Below, in pieces: positions 28,240 to 42,759 of a stretch of 64,000 bases of DNA (positions are counted from its first letter, which is position 1; the number at the start of each line of letters is the position of its first letter). Made by a program: the position numbers and the translations under genes. Origin of the DNA: Isurus oxyrinchus (lineage: Eukaryota); the NCBI GenBank assembly GCA_026770705.1, contig JANJGN010000027.1, forward strand, positions 16,864,001 to 16,928,000. The letters are read 5' to 3'. The notes beneath the pieces were generated by a model, which was not told the DNA's origin, did no database searches, and saw nothing but the letters and a program-made list of their open reading frames with translations.

Positions 28240-29560
28240 ACTCTCTTGTCCTTGCAAACTGTCGCCCCACCTCCAGCCTGCCTTTCTTCTCCAGTCACCT
28301 CTCAAACATGTGCTCATTTTTCCGATTAGGTTTCTCCCTCTGCCACATCATTGAAATGGCCCTAATCGAAAGCACAAATTACATCCTTTGTACTGCATAT
28401 GCTACCCATTTCTCATGCTTCTCAAACTCTCTGCACCCTTCACTTGGTTGACTGCATCCTCCTCCTCCAATGCCTCTTCTTCATTGTCCAGCTCTATAGG
28501 ACAGCTTTTGCTTGGTTTCACTCATACCTATCAAATTTTAGTTAGAAGACGTGGTTAGCTTCCACATTTTTTTGATTAGACACGAGATGAGAGTGTCACT
28601 GGCAGGGCTAGCATTTACTGGTCATCGCTAATTGTCAGAGAATGTGATGGTAAGCTGCCAGCTTGAATATTATGATGATTTGCTAGACTATTTCAGAGGA
28701 AAGTTAAAAGTCAACCACATTGCCCTGGGTCTGGAGTCACATATAGACCAGACTGGGTAAGGATGGAGGATTTCCTTCCCCAAGAAGTTTATGAACCAGA
28801 TAGATTTTTTGACAATCCAATAGTTTCATGGTCACCATTACCGATAATAGTTTTATTCCAGATTTTAATTAATGTATTAAATTTAAATTAGAATTCATGT
28901 CTCTGTATCATTAATTCAGGCCTCCAGTAGTATAAATTCCATGATACCTTGCATATATATGCTAATGAAACCCAGTTCTACTCGTTTATTTCATGTGTTG
29001 TCAACTGGTGGTCCAATATTCAGTCCTCGAGAAGCTGCAATTTTCTCCGGTTAAACATTGGGAGGGTTGAAGCCACCCTCTTCGTACCGTGGCCACAGAT
29101 TCTGTTCCCTCCATGTACGATCTCAGAATTAGAGTATTCCCAGCTGTGGCATCCAATTTAACCCCAAGACGAGTGTCATTCCAAAGCCTTGGTTAAAATT
29201 TTCATCCGTGTGCTGAAATCCTTCCACAGCTTCGCATTTCTTGCTTGTAACCTCCTCCAGCCCTAAAATTTCCCCCCACCACCCACTACACTCCCACACG
29301 ACCTCCTGTCATGCTAACTCTGGTCTTTTGCAGACATCCCCATCGTTTCAAATGCCAACATTGATTGCCATTTTTTCAGCTGTCTAGGTCCCAAACTTGA
29401 ATTCCCTGCCAAGTCTCAATACATCTACCATGCTCTCCTCAAAGTCCCTCCTTAAAACTCACCTCTTTTACCATGTGTTTGGCTTAGATTTCATTTTTTT
29501 CTGATGTTATGGGATTTTGTCTTCTATGTTATTAGTGTTACATAAAAGCATGTTGTTGTT
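28240..29560 (+). mobile_element. Decayed L2-like LINE fragment interrupted by a SINE
   Basis: RT remnants (GFSLCHIIEMALI; HIYANETQFY as a decayed YADDTQ; LNIGRVEA). L2 tail near 29540. Confidence 0.7.
28565..28940 (-). mobile_element. MetaSINE-like SINE nested in L2
   Basis: gggtctggagtcacatatagaccagactgggtaaggatggaggatttccttccc is the reverse complement of the core at ~48340-48400. Confidence 0.8.
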
Positions 29561-29584
29561 AAATGAAGTCTACCTCTCCTCATG

Positions 29585-29830
29585 GTTCAGGTGAATAGCA
29601 AAGATACCAGGGCACTTTGTGGAAAAGCAGGGAGTTCACCATGTGGTTTTATCAACATTTTTCTCTCAGAGAATGCTACCAGAAAAAACACAAATGTACT
29701 AGTTACAAATCTCATGCTTGTTTGTGGGGTGCACGAGCACATAATAGCTGTTGCTACATAATAGCTACAATAATTCAGAGATAATTAATAGAATGTGAAG
29801 TCCTTGAGACTTTGATGTAAAGTAAGTTTA
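29585..29830 (+). mobile_element. Decayed DeuSINE-like fragment
   Basis: tcaggtgaatagcaaagatacc...agcagggagttc...tgtttgtggg resembles 9150-9370 and 42760-42970. Confidence 0.5.
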
Positions 29831-32800
29831 TTTATTAATGAAGACTCATGCAATATTCAGTGTTTATAACCAGATAGCATGCAACAAGGTGGAGCTTTTG
29901 CTGGATTGTCAGAACAAAGACAAGACTTGAAGCCCCGACCATAAATCGTTTCAATTTTCTAATAGGTTATCGAAAATGATTGCTTTAACTTTCCTCTGCA
30001 CGTATAAAGTAAGATAAAAATAAATAAGTAGACACACAAACTGTTTTACATTTCATTTGCATAATTTATTCAAGTAGAGTCTGAAGCAACTTGTTTAGTC
30101 CACTCAGTTGCCAGAATTAGCTGAAAACAATCTACTTTGTTATTTGTCACATGGCTTATCCACAATGGCAATTTCACAAGAATAAGGAAAACTAAAGTAG
30201 TATGCGCTTGAGGGGTGGACAGCGTAAAAACACTGCATGGTGTCGTGGTTAAGAAGAGACCTCAGTTGGTTCCTATGTTTGATTACTAATCTGTGCCAAG
30301 TTAATGACCTTAATTGTGGATGGAATAGGGTACTACATTTAACTGCACCTTCTCTTGCCTTGGGGCAGGGAGAAGGGGGGAGTCAGCCAAAGCTCATCGT
30401 TTTCTTTCTAGCTCTTTATATGTCAATTAGATAGAATGCAAAGCAAGCTTTCCTCAATACCTTAAAACATTTATTGGTATGTATGGATTTATTTAAAGAT
30501 TCCCTATCTGGGGTAAACTGACTGAAAAGATTACACATACATGATAATTTTCTGTAATCCTGCTGCAAGATTCATATTTTGGGCAAGTTTTCAAGCTTAT
30601 AGAGAATTAGGAAAATATGGAGCAATCCAGGCACAAATCGCAGCTTTGCAAAACAATTTAATGTCATGACATATATTCATTTTATGGATGACTGCATGGG
30701 CTTCATATAGATATCAAATGCTCAGATGCTTGTGTTAACTGAATGATTTTATGCAAGCATACTTCCATTTTTGTGGGAACAGCTGGATTTTTTTATATCT
30801 ATTAGTATTTTTCTTTCATATGTGCATTAACAAAAGATTTCTTTCGTAGCCATACTGTTACCAAAGACATGGACACCAGGCAATTAAGACAATCTATATA
30901 TTCAAAAATAGTATTTCTGTGCATTATTCTTAATGCGCATTAAATCCACTCAGACTCTTTAGTGACCTCTTGAGCAATAAATAGAGATGGGCAATATATG
31001 TTGCCTTGCCAGCACGGTCCACATCCAAAAGCAAAAAAATGTTTTTATGCATAATATCACCTTTTAAAGAGTATTTCAAATATTGATACTAAGGGGCACA
31101 CAAGTGGAATTTAGCTCAAGTGTAACAGAAGATGTTACACATTGGAAATATGTTCCAATTCCTAAAGTTGCTAGATATATCACTGCCTCTGATAAACATC
31201 CATTTATAATTTTCACAATAGAAAATCTACGTAAAGATATTTTCTATATGCTTTTACATGTTAAAAATCTGCTGCATTTCCAGATTTAAACTTGAATTAC
31301 TACAAACTTTTAAATCAGTAACATCAAAATAGAATACTACATGCATTTAAATATTATGTACAAAGTTTGAGAACTAGGTGACAAATTAGTTAAGTACAAT
31401 GCCTTTTGACATAAAAGCTACTTCTCTAGAAACATTATTTATGACTCTGTTTAGTGATAAGGATTCCCAGTAAGATGGATTTGGGTAATCATGGCCCAAT
31501 TTGTAAAGGGCACAAGTTCACACACAGACCTCCTAAATGTTTCATCCTTGTTTCACACAAAAGTGGCTGGTATGGGAAATAGAAATGTTACTCAGATCCA
31601 GAGGGGATCCTCTTCTGATATTGGAATGGAAGGAGCTTTACTTGGCAGTTGACTGCAATAGCATTGACTTGAGGATGCTAACATGAAATGCCTGAATACG
31701 ATATTTACCAAAACTTTTAAAACATCTGTGGCTCTTTTTAAGGCATGCCAATCTGAAAACTGTCAATTCTTGTGTGAACCTTATTAGCACTATTAACCTA
31801 AAAGGAGGCAGCACTGGTCAATGGAAAGGTTTTTTCCCCATTATACTCTCTATAATGACTGGTGAGAAAGCGGCAAGTGGATGACCGTTCCCAGGCCATA
31901 TCTATCCTGTTCTGTCAGCAGCCTGGAGGCATGAAACAGATCCAGTGAGGACCTCTTGGAAAAATTACACCTCTTCCACAAGTACTCTTCCCATGCAGTT
32001 CAAACAAGCAACTAAAAATGAAATGGTGATCAAACCTGCATTGGTAATATGAGTTTGTCTTTTAAGATTCAGCATTACTATCATATACATTTCTTATTAG
32101 GTTGAGAAACATGTGTTTATACAGCATGGACTTACATCTGTAACTTCCACACATGGTGAGTTGCTGATCTGGTCTAACTACTGTGGGAACGAATTCAGTA
32201 GCAGCTACAGGCTTGCCTGCAGGGAAGGTGTTGTGAACGGAACCACAATTATTCTTGGTCACATTTTCACATCTCCTTACAACCAATTCAGAGTGCCACT
32301 GCTGTGGTTGGTTGGTTGAAGACGACCAGAAAATAAAAGCCAACAGGTGGTGGATGGGAAGCACAGTTGCTGAAATAGATTTAGCAATAATTATATAACA
32401 GGAGTTGTTAAAAATTCATGCTCCGTAGATACACTTTAGAATGCGCTATTGTTCACACAATTAGGGGAAGAAACCCGATTGTGAGACTTCAAAAACTGAC
32501 ATGCAAGCAATTTTTTTTAAGATTAAGAAGGACAAATAGAACTATAATGCTTTAAAAGTGTCTTGATGGATGAATTATACCCTGCACTCACTGAAATCTC
32601 TACCTGGGAAGATCATGTGACTCTGTTCCTGTCATTCAGTGATGGCTTAATTAGCTGGGTGAATTCTGCTGTGGCTTACGCATTGCTTTTTTTAAAGAAG
32701 TATATGCACCTTTTTGTCTATTAAAAAAATCATCACTGATGCTGGCCCAATCCTGAAGCTGGACGTTTAATTTTCTACCAAATAATTATACATTAATTTT

Positions 32801-33612
32801 AAGTATGTTCACTTTCCTGTGCGTAATCCTTCAATACTGCTTTACACAAATTATTGGTTTAAATATTTTGAACATATATTTCAAAATACATTTTCATACT
32901 ACTTAAAAAAATTCAAACATGACAATCAATTCTAGTTCTGGATAATGTTCTTTTCATCAGGCAATTAAAATGCTTATCCCAATCATTCCCCAAAAGGGAA
33001 GAGCCTGACAATCAATAGTTTGAGTTAAAAAATATAGTAACAGCCAAGTTTATCTGAAAAAGCAAGTGTAATTTGGGAAAAGGGCATTTAAATTTTTGAG
33101 GTTTTCTTGTGCCCATGAAAATGAGGAATGGCTATTATCTGGTAAATAAACAGTTAATTTTTCCTTTCTTTGTTACCCAGTATCAGCATCAAGCACTTCC
33201 AGGTCAGATACAGTAAACAGAATAGTCTCCTTCATCCTACAACTTGCTTTAGCCACAGTTTAAGAACATTACCTACATTACCAATATTTATTTTGCCTTT
33301 CCAATTCCAGCTATTCATTCTGCTGACTAAGTGTGATTGTGAATTTAGTGTTATTCTTATTTTGGAGTGGCCCTGCAACCACTGCCCGCACTAATTTTAA
33401 ACAGGATTTTGAAAGCAAATGGATTTCTATCCATTCTATTTGGGTTCACATTTGAGTCCCAACAATGAAAGGTCAGTGTGCTAATCCAATACTCCAAGGC
33501 AAAACCTTGAATTTCAAAGAGAATGTCTTCAGATATACATCTAGCGACTCAACTCCATCTTGGAAGCGAGACACTTGATGCAAAAAATTATCTCCTGTTT
33601 GCAAGTGGGTCA

Positions 33613-34625
33613 TGTTATGATCCCTGTACAGACTGCTAACTTTTAAAAATATTTGAATAACAAAATTCCAAATTTTAAGACTTTGACTGTAATAAACAAA
33701 CTAAAAGCAACATTGACTAACAAATATTTAGTAGGCAGCTTATACATTAAACCACAGAAAAGATTCTCCCGTGACTTATAACACATGAAAATCTCATGCC
33801 ATGGTTATAACTTATGTAGTTCCTTAAGTGGACACTTAATTCACGCAGAACCAGTCTGAAGTTATTTTCAGCTCCCAATGGCTGCTTCCTTTCTTTTCCA
33901 ACTGGGTAACTTCTAATCTCAGGATTGTCTTTCACTGTGAGAATTACGTTGGAAATTCCTTCTCTCTATCCCAAGCTAGGCAAATCTTCCAGCCTCTTTT
34001 AAATTTTCATGAATTTGATCTCTTCAATCTGAGCACGAATTCCCATCTGCGTTTTGCGTGGTGAATAATAGTCAGTATTTGATCTGCTTCACACACAGAG
34101 CTAGCTGCCTCCATTTCTTTGTGGTCCCTCTCAGATTCTCAGACTAACTTGGGTCTGTGAAGTTCAGTGATCTCTTAGGAAATCCTTTAACCTAATACTA
34201 CAATGGCTTGCTATGTACTCTTCTCAAAGCCCATCAATATGGCAACATGAATCACATGGGCCTTGTATTCACTTAGAAATGCTAATTAGCTATCCTCTAG
34301 ACCACCTATTCGATTCTATATTGGAACTAACTAGACAGTTCAAAGCATAGCTGTTTATAAAACCTGACATTCTGAACACATCCCTGGGAGACTTGGAGAC
34401 TAACAGTCTACCCCGTCAGCACAGATGCTCTTCCGATTGTCCACAGGTGTGAACATCTGACACCTTCTCTGCAAATCTCTTGACCAAGGTCCGTCTTGTC
34501 CCCAGAGAAACCAAGCCAATCAGGCTTGTTGTCAGGCAGAATTCAGAACAGGTTACATGACCCCCTTTCATTCCTTCATCTTACCTCAAATTAATTACCA
34601 ATTTTATAAACTCGTATCTGTAACA
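33613..34625. mobile_element. Possible solo LTR
   Basis: Starts TGTTATGAT and ends ATCTGTAACA (TG...CA with imperfect inverted ends), ~1 kb. No clean TSD is visible. Confidence 0.4.
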
Positions 34626-35209
34626 CCAGTATTTCAGCCAACTGAGGCTTATGCTGTAAAGACTAACATATAAACTTTTGGTTAGTTCCAAAATATAAAG
34701 CATCACAATTTATAGGCCAAGCTGGATGACATAATAGGTCTTTATCTGTTGGTCATGTTTTGTATGAACTTAAAGTAGGCCTATTCCCTTCAGTAATCTG
34801 AACAATCAAACCCTGATAAGATAACACAATCATGGACACTAGTGACCAACTTAAATTCCACTTTTATTACCTGGGTTTTGGGGTTTTTCAGGATTTTTAC
34901 CAATGTTTTTGCAATCTCATTCTGTAATTCTACTCATTTTCAGCTGAGATTCTCATTCTGTGCTTCTATTTCCTTACACTTAGGTTCACTGATTTATAAT
35001 GCCTGAATAACACATATTCAATCTTTAACTCATGGAATTAGAGAAGTTGCCCTGAAGTTCTAGTATTGAATGCCACATTTCCATTACTCTATAAAAATTG
35101 TAATTCCATTTTTTTACTCATCAGCAACATTCTAAGAATTAAAACTTATCTTTACTGTTGTAGTCGGCTTAGGCTATAATTTTGAAGCTTCAGATTTAAA
35201 GCGAGATCA

Positions 35210-35929
35210 GCTTGTAAGAAGCAAGAATGCTCAAAGAGACAACTGAAGGTCTGTAATTCTTTGCCATGGGCATATGATGCAGTGGTGTACTTTTAAGGCT
35301 AGGTTGGTGAGAGGGAGTGCTTGGAAGACAGCTTGAATGCATGTGGTGACCTAGGGAAGAGGAACATCAGGAGAGTTTGAAACCCTGGAGGTGAACCCTT
35401 GCAGAAGGCATCTGTGAGAAAGTGTCGATTTGGGAAAAGGTTCCAAAGCAAGGTCTTGGAGAATGGAGATTGGAAACCCTTGTTTGAAGGACAAAATTCA
35501 GTGAGACTGGTTGGCTCACAATGTGACAAGCGTCTAGGGGGAGTTGAAGAGAGATCCATAGCATCTGGTTGAGGTGACATCTGTCACTTGAGGCCACAGT
35601 GTGGTGTGTCTGACCACAGCGTGCCATAGGTTTACATGGACTGTATACTTACTGTGTACATTAGCGTATAAGATAGCTTTTGTAACTTGTGTTATCCTTA
35701 CAAATCTGTAAAGGTATAGTTGTGGGTGGAGGAGTATTGTAAAATAGTTCATCTTTCCTTGTTGAATAAATGTTTTATTCTTTTGTTAAAAGTTAATCAG
35801 CTGACTTGCGTGCCTTTGTTCAGTAGCTACTCTCCACATATCTACACAAACAAAGTTAGGATCTATCAAGCTGGGTTCCACACTGGGATCAGGCTTGTCC
35901 AAAAGAAACCTCAGCTGGGGATCATAACA
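35210..35929 (+). mobile_element. LTR-like remnant (3' end well defined)
   Basis: AATAAA at ~35765 followed by a U5-like stretch ending GGGATCATAACA. The 5' boundary is uncertain. Confidence 0.5.
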
Positions 35930-35984
35930 TCAGTAGCAATAGCCAGGTTATTCACCTCTGTTGTAAAACTCACACAGAACTGTT

Positions 35985-37730
35985 AGTGTAGGAGGCGGCC
36001 ATTCGGCCCATCATGTCTGCACCAGCTCTCTGAGAATTTTAACTTAGTGCCAATCTCCTGCTTTTTCCCCGTAACATTGGTTCTATTTAAATAATCATCC
36101 AATGCCCTCTTGAATGCCTCAATTGAACCTACCTTACCACACTTCCAGGCAGTGCATTCCAAACCCTAAGTACTCGCTGTGTGAAAAACTTTTATCTCAC
36201 CTCACATTTGCTTCTTTTGCAAAACACTTTAAAACTGTGCCCTCTGGATCACGATCTGTCTATGAGCAGGAGCAGTTTCTCCCTATCTACTCTGTCCAGG
36301 CCCCTTATTTTGAAAACTTCTCTCAAGTCTTCTCCTCTCCAAGGAAAACAGCACCAGCTTCTCCAATCTTTTTTCATAACTGAAGTGTCTCATCCCTGGA
36401 ACCATTCTTGTAAACCTCTTCTGCACTCTCTCCAATGCATTCACATCCTTCCTACAGTATGGAGCCCAGTACTGTACACAATATTCCATCTGAGGTCTAA
36501 CCAGTGTCTTATTTAAGTCATTAAAACCTCCCTGCTCTTGTACCTGTACTCTTGTAGAGGTAGAGCTCTACCTGTCCTGCCACCTTTAATGACTTACGTA
36601 CATATACACCCAGGTGTCTCTGCTCCTGCACACCCTTTAGAATAGTATCCTTTATTTTATACTGTCTTTCTATGTTCTTTGTACTAAAGTGTATCACCTC
36701 ACATTTCTCTGCATTGAACTTCATCTACCTTCTGTCTGCCCACCCCACCAATGTGTTAATATCCTTCTGAAGTTCTACACGGTCCTCCTCAGTTTACAAT
36801 TCTTCCAAGTTTTGTGTCATCTGCAAACTTTGAAATTGTCCCTTGCACACCAAGATCTAGATCATTTAAATATATCAGTATGAGTAGGGTCCCAATAGCG
36901 ACCCCTGGGGAACTCCACAACAAACCTTCTTCCAGCCCAAAAATTACCCATTAACCATTATTCTCTGTTTCCTATCCCTCAGCCAATTTTGTATCCACGT
37001 TGCTATTGTCCCTTCTATTCCATGACCTATAACTTTCCTCACAAGTCAGGTGTATGACACTGTATCGAATGCCTTTTGGAAGTCCATATACAGCACACTA
37101 ACAGTCTTGTCCTCATCAATCATCTGTTACCTCTTCAAAAAACTCCAGAAAATTAGTTAGGCACCATTTACCTTTAACAAATCCATACTGACTCTTCCGA
37201 ATCAATCCAAATTTTTCCATGTGACTATTAATTCTATCCCAAATAATTGTTTTTAGAAGTTTCCCCACCACCGAAGTTAAACTGACTGGTCTGTAGTTGC
37301 AGGGCAGATCTTAAACTTTTTTGAGCAAGGATATAATGTTTGCGATTCTCCAGGCCTCCGGCACCCCCTGCCAAATCTAGGGAACATTGAAAGTTTATTG
37401 CCAGTGCCTCTGCAATTTCCACTCTCACTTCCTTCAATATTCTTGGATGCATATCATCCGGTCCCAGTGCTTTATCAGCTTTAAGTACCAACAGCTTATC
37501 CATGATGATCTCTTTATCAATTTTAAACCCTTCCAGTGACTGAGTTTTCTCCTCTATCACCATGGCTTGGGCAGCATCTGCCTTGTAGGTAAAGACAGAT
37601 GCAAAGAATTTAACATCTCAGCCATGCATCTATGTGTAAATCCCCTTTTTGGTCCCTAATCAGCCCTACTCCTCCTTTTACCATTGAAGTGCTTATAGAA
37701 TACTTTGGGATTTCCTTTTATGTTAGCTGT
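35985..37730 (-). mobile_element. CR1-like LINE (family B), RT and 3' end, decayed
   Basis: Minus ORFs KALGPDDMHPRILKEVRVEIAEAL, MKFNAEKCEVIHF, EYCVQYWAPYCRKDVNALERVQKRFTRMVPG. Tail ggccattcggccc at ~36000. Confidence 0.93.
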
Positions 37731-40700
37731 TTATTTTACCATATTACAAGTATGAGGTTCAGATATCAGACAAATTGTTTGTCATAGACAAATTCTTGAA
37801 GAATAATAATGATGACAGTGGCAGAACTGAGGCCAAGTTCTTTTAAAAAAAAAAGCAAATGCTCTGGCATCTATTTTATTCCATCAAATCTCTCAGTGAA
37901 GCACCGCAAAAAGTAGAATAACATATGTAAGAATTTGGGACCTAAAAGGTTAATAGAGAGTGGCAGAACAGAAAATGCATCTGTCAGCCAGTATCAAATT
38001 ACAAGGCTTACTCCTAGATGGTAAGAGAAAAGAGCCTGCAGCACAGATTACGTGCATACATGGTGGCGGGGGAGGAAGACATTCTGACAGAAGATGAATC
38101 AAAACCTAACCTCTTAAAAACTCAATTGTAAAATTGGCCATTTTAATGAATATATTGTACTTATGATATCAATAATGCAAACTGTTCCTGAAAACAGGCA
38201 ATTCTGTCCCCTTTTACATTACCAGCTTTTTCATTAATTGCTTCAGACTACAGTTCCCTGGCAACAGCCTGCCACTGCACTTTTGGCTCCAGTTCAACAT
38301 TTTCTTCTTGAAAAACAGCATCACTACTGCCTGTGCTATTGCTAGATTGGCTAAGTGTTCTAATAATGCAGCTTCCACAATCACATGATATAGGAGCAGG
38401 CACCAAGAGTGTGGCTGCCAAGCAGCATAAATCATCTGCCCAAAGCAGTTTATTCTGTAAGCAGATCTGAAGACTAAAACCAGGGTGGCTGTGTTCTTTC
38501 GCTGATATACCAAAACATTAACAAACAATTCTAGAGGTAACAATATTTATTCAAGCACAATCGCAAACACAAAATTTACATCTTCACATGATTTGACATT
38601 AGACAGAAAATAAATAATATCAGGAGCTTTAAAGTGATTGCTGCAGTGTAAGTGACAAGTTGCAGATTGAAGAGGAAAATGATCTATATTAATGCTTTAT
38701 TAGCACACTGAAATGCTTCCAATTTATTAAATCCCATTTTATCCCAAATAGTGTTATAACAGAAGCTGCAAGTAACCTGGTTATCTCTGTACCTTACTAG
38801 GACACTAAGCAAGGGTTGCCAATATATGTACAACATTCTGATTTTTTGATATATATTTGACAGTTTTGAAGTGCCAATCTTTTTTTTTCCCTCTTGATAC
38901 CAGGATCGATTAAGGTTGTCCAGAACACAGCAGTGAGCATTAACAGACTCCAGGCAGTAGAAAACATTAACACTGTGGTCTTCTAGCTGAAAGAAACTGA
39001 AACATTATTTTCAATGAACTCACTAACTGTATAATCAATTGTCACACTTAACACCAGCTGCTCTACTCTCAATGATCAAGTAGCTCTGCTACAGTGGAGG
39101 AACACAAGAGCATACAATCAAAGAGGCCAGCTTCAAAACTATAACCACTCACACTTTATATTTGCCAGATGTGTCAGAGACTCTATCTTTAGATCATGCT
39201 AAGATACATTCATGACACTTGAGGTTATATATAATTCTCCCTGACTGCACTTTACATTATTGTGCCACAGGAGCTCCCACAGCCTGACATCATGTGACAA
39301 TACCATGCAAAAACAGGATTTGAAGCAGATGTTACCAAGATACACAATGAGATAATTAGTAGATGATGTCTGGAAAAGAGAGCAAAGGATGCCAACCTTC
39401 CACAGTATTTTCATGTCAAAATTAATGCAATAGAGAATCAAATAATTTAAAAGTAGCAACTTGCAGTCTAAAACCTTCTGTATGAATGCCACTTTTGCCA
39501 CCCTAAATTCTTGGCAATAAGCCCTTTCAGCACCACTGACGAATGAAACAGCTAGTTTCAGTAATGAACAAATGCCTACATTCCCAACAAGTTATCATTC
39601 AATTGCTCTGACAGTTTTGGGCTACTGAATGTTGGCATCATTTCTATTACCCAGCTTGACTGAGTTGCTCCAATGAGTCCCTGAAACATTGTTTGAAGAT
39701 AGAGAGGTAATGCAGGGGTGCTAGCCAGATTTAAAACAAAAAGATGGAGTAGGTAGTGAAAGATAGTTGACCTAAAGTAAAAGTTCCATTATATAAATTT
39801 AATAGACATGTGAAGCACTAGCACTTTTGCCTATCATACTGTATAAGCTTTATGGCTAATGCATCTAATTTCGCCACGTCAGTGGTGCAATCTAATCTTA
39901 AGGACATGTTCAAGTTTTGATATAATGGTAACTTTGATTACAACCCTTTCAATTACTTATTAACTGAAGTATTTTTCTTCCCACTGACTAGAAATCTGGG
40001 TTTGTGGTTAAGAGAAAAGAACAGCATTCCTTTCTTTTCACTTTTCTGGTTCTCTGCAACATGAAACATTCTCTAGCTACAAGTTTACTCTTGGGTGTCT
40101 GGAAAATTACAACCAACCAGTAAGAATTGCATAAGAATGACCTATTGTTTTCTCCCACTTCCTGTAGGAAAGCACCTGCTTCCACTCAGCACCTTGTCAA
40201 GGGCAGAGACAAGACTATGGTATTTGTATGGGGAAATTGCTGCCATCCTACGCTAGAATTGTTGCATTTTAAATCAACTAGTTTGAGAAGATGGAGATCT
40301 AAATCATTTCACATACTATTGTTTTTGTGGCAAGCTAGATTCAAAAGCTGGGAAAGTGTTTCAGCACCGAGAACAAGGAGGTCCTAAAACAGATTGTGTA
40401 TAATCCTGAAAATCTAACCAAGATAGTAGCACATCAAAATGCATGAAAGTACTCAATTGTCTCAGATGTGCATACACATGCTTGAATGAGTCAAACTAGT
40501 TTCTGATGTTAGGCATTTTACGATATGATGGTACATTCTAATAGGCTTGCTGGCTCTGTTTAGAATTTTTGTTATAAGTGAAAAATACACACATGCTTGA
40601 ACTCATCAAGCAGTTCCTTACCAAATTATAGGGTAACCAAAATATCTGCTGCTTTCTATTAGGTAGTTCCTTTTCAAATAAAACCATCCTAAGTGAGGAG

Positions 40701-42011
40701 CAGCAGTGATGGATCTGTGTGTGTGAAGGGCATTTTTCAAAAAAGCAGGAATTAACATAACAGGTTGCCCATTACCCTTTCGTTCTGCCACAAATCTGTA
40801 TGCAATTAATGGTCTGCCAAAGATGCACCTGGGGCATATTGGCCATTAAGAATATTAATAGAACGGATATCTTCCTTTCTAAGCAGTTCAGTCAAGATAA
40901 CAGTGGGCACGATTCCCCATTAAAAACAATTTATTCTTACTCCTTATATCCTGTGTAAAGACAAAAAAGCCTGCTTACTGATACAAACAGGTTTGTGAAT
41001 GGGCAGCAATATTTCCTGTAAAGATGAATTACTTTCCTGAAAATAACTCTATAAAACCCCAAAAAATGTTTAAGAACAGTACAATGTTTCAGGTAACTCA
41101 AATGGTTGAGTGCACCCAACTTTGACCAGGTGTTTGAGTTATGAAGTAGCTTGAGTGGGTTTTCTAACTGCCCAGGCAGGTACTTGAGAGCACAGTAACA
41201 GAAAATTGATCAATGTCAAGTTGAAGAACAGCACAAAGGAGAATCAGACAGGTGTCTGCATAATTCCTGACAAGAGCAGCTAAACATTTAGTATATGAAA
41301 TTCATTCACAAAGAGATAAAGATAGAGATCGATACTGCAAATACTACAACAGGCAGTTAAATTAATAATAGCACAAACTGTTGACTTGATGAACAATATG
41401 ACTAGTTTTTCACTGGAAAATTAGATCAGACAATCCATTCTTTAGAAATTCCACCGTACGTGGCAGTATATTGAAAGATTTTCTAAATGGATCTCTCAAC
41501 AATCAAATGTTATTGGCTATGAGTTATTCAAGGATTATCTAGTAACCTTAATATAATCTATAGAAGGGGAAGGCAGCTTCCTGGCAAATATTTCACTGAG
41601 GCTACTTGTCTGAATAAAATAATATTGGGATGCACTGCCTAAACAGGGTGAGCTCATGTTTATGCTGAAGAGAGATGTTAACAAAATTTCTAGAGGTTCT
41701 CAAGTAATGAGGATGATATCCTGAAAATTAAAGGGAAAATGGTCCTTTGCATGACAGTGCTTCGGAAAGGGTCTTTTTTGATCTATCATGTTAGAAAACC
41801 ATCATAGGTAGCCTAGATGATTTTAAACACATGGCTCCCAAAAACCAACCAACAGGTGAGTAAGATTTGTATACAAAGAGAGGGCAACCTCACTGGCAAC
41901 AAGCCAATTCAGCTACAAGTGCAATGTAGCAATTGGTACTGAGTATTTTAGAGCTAACTTCAGTAACAAGCATGGACAAAAATCTACAGGTCCCAATTTC
42001 AGGTTAGTGTA

Positions 42012-42491
42012 CAGGCAGTCCCCAACGTTATGACAAATGGCAGTTACGATGTTTATAAATTGACATCCTGTTTTGGTTTTCCAATGTCAATTTCAACTTT
42101 ATGAAGCCACATCAGCGAACAAGTTGAAACGCTCATACATGCAGATCGAAGTTCTGCGCCGCCCATCTCCCCAACAGAAGACGTTCGGTTGCTGTTCCAA
42201 CGCCATTTTCACTTGGTGAATCTTTGTTTCCAAATTTTTTCTTAAAAATTAGCGATCCTTTGCCATAGTTACAACATAATGAATATAGCAATATTTGTAT
42301 ATTTGTCTATAATTGATTGAGTACAAAATTCTGAGTTATTTTGGTGAAAGCAGGGTATTGGCCTTGGTTCATGAACCAGTTCCCCATTTATAACATTGTT
42401 CTTGTGAGAAAATTGGTTCCAAGTTATGATGTTTCAATTTAAGATGTGGTTTTCAGGAAAAAAATTGTGTCGCAAGTCCAAGGATTGCCTA
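42012..42491. mobile_element. Tc1/mariner (Tigger-like) non-autonomous element, 480 bp
   Basis: TA|CAGGCAGTCCCCAACGTTATGAC ... GTCGCAAGTCCAAGGATTGCCTA|TA, i.e. degenerate TIRs with TA on both sides. Confidence 0.8.
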
Positions 42492-42759
42492 TAGTGGTAA
42501 CCAAGTGTCAAAAGCAACATTGAAACACATGGGGACTAAATCTCAATGTACAGGGACAGAGAATAAAGGATAAACAAAGCGAATCAGAATAGATGAAAAG
42601 CAGAAATAGGACCTAGAAATAATATCACATATATGATGACATACTGTACTAGAAGAAACACGGGTTAAACAACAAATAATTTAATTTGCGTCAAATTTTT
42701 TAAGATTAATTGTTTAAAACTTAATTGCAGCCGTAAGGAAATGGAAATTTCATTCCAGA

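Noticed and set aside
32062-32364. Overlapping 100-aa and 68-aa ORFs in unique sequence
   Set aside because: No recognisable domain or convincing splice context. Could be non-coding regulatory DNA, but I cannot support that.
38214-38543. Minus ORF containing LANLAIA, resembling ADK VANLAAA
   Set aside because: Chance similarity. The true exon is at 45856-45964 with correct splice sites and phase.
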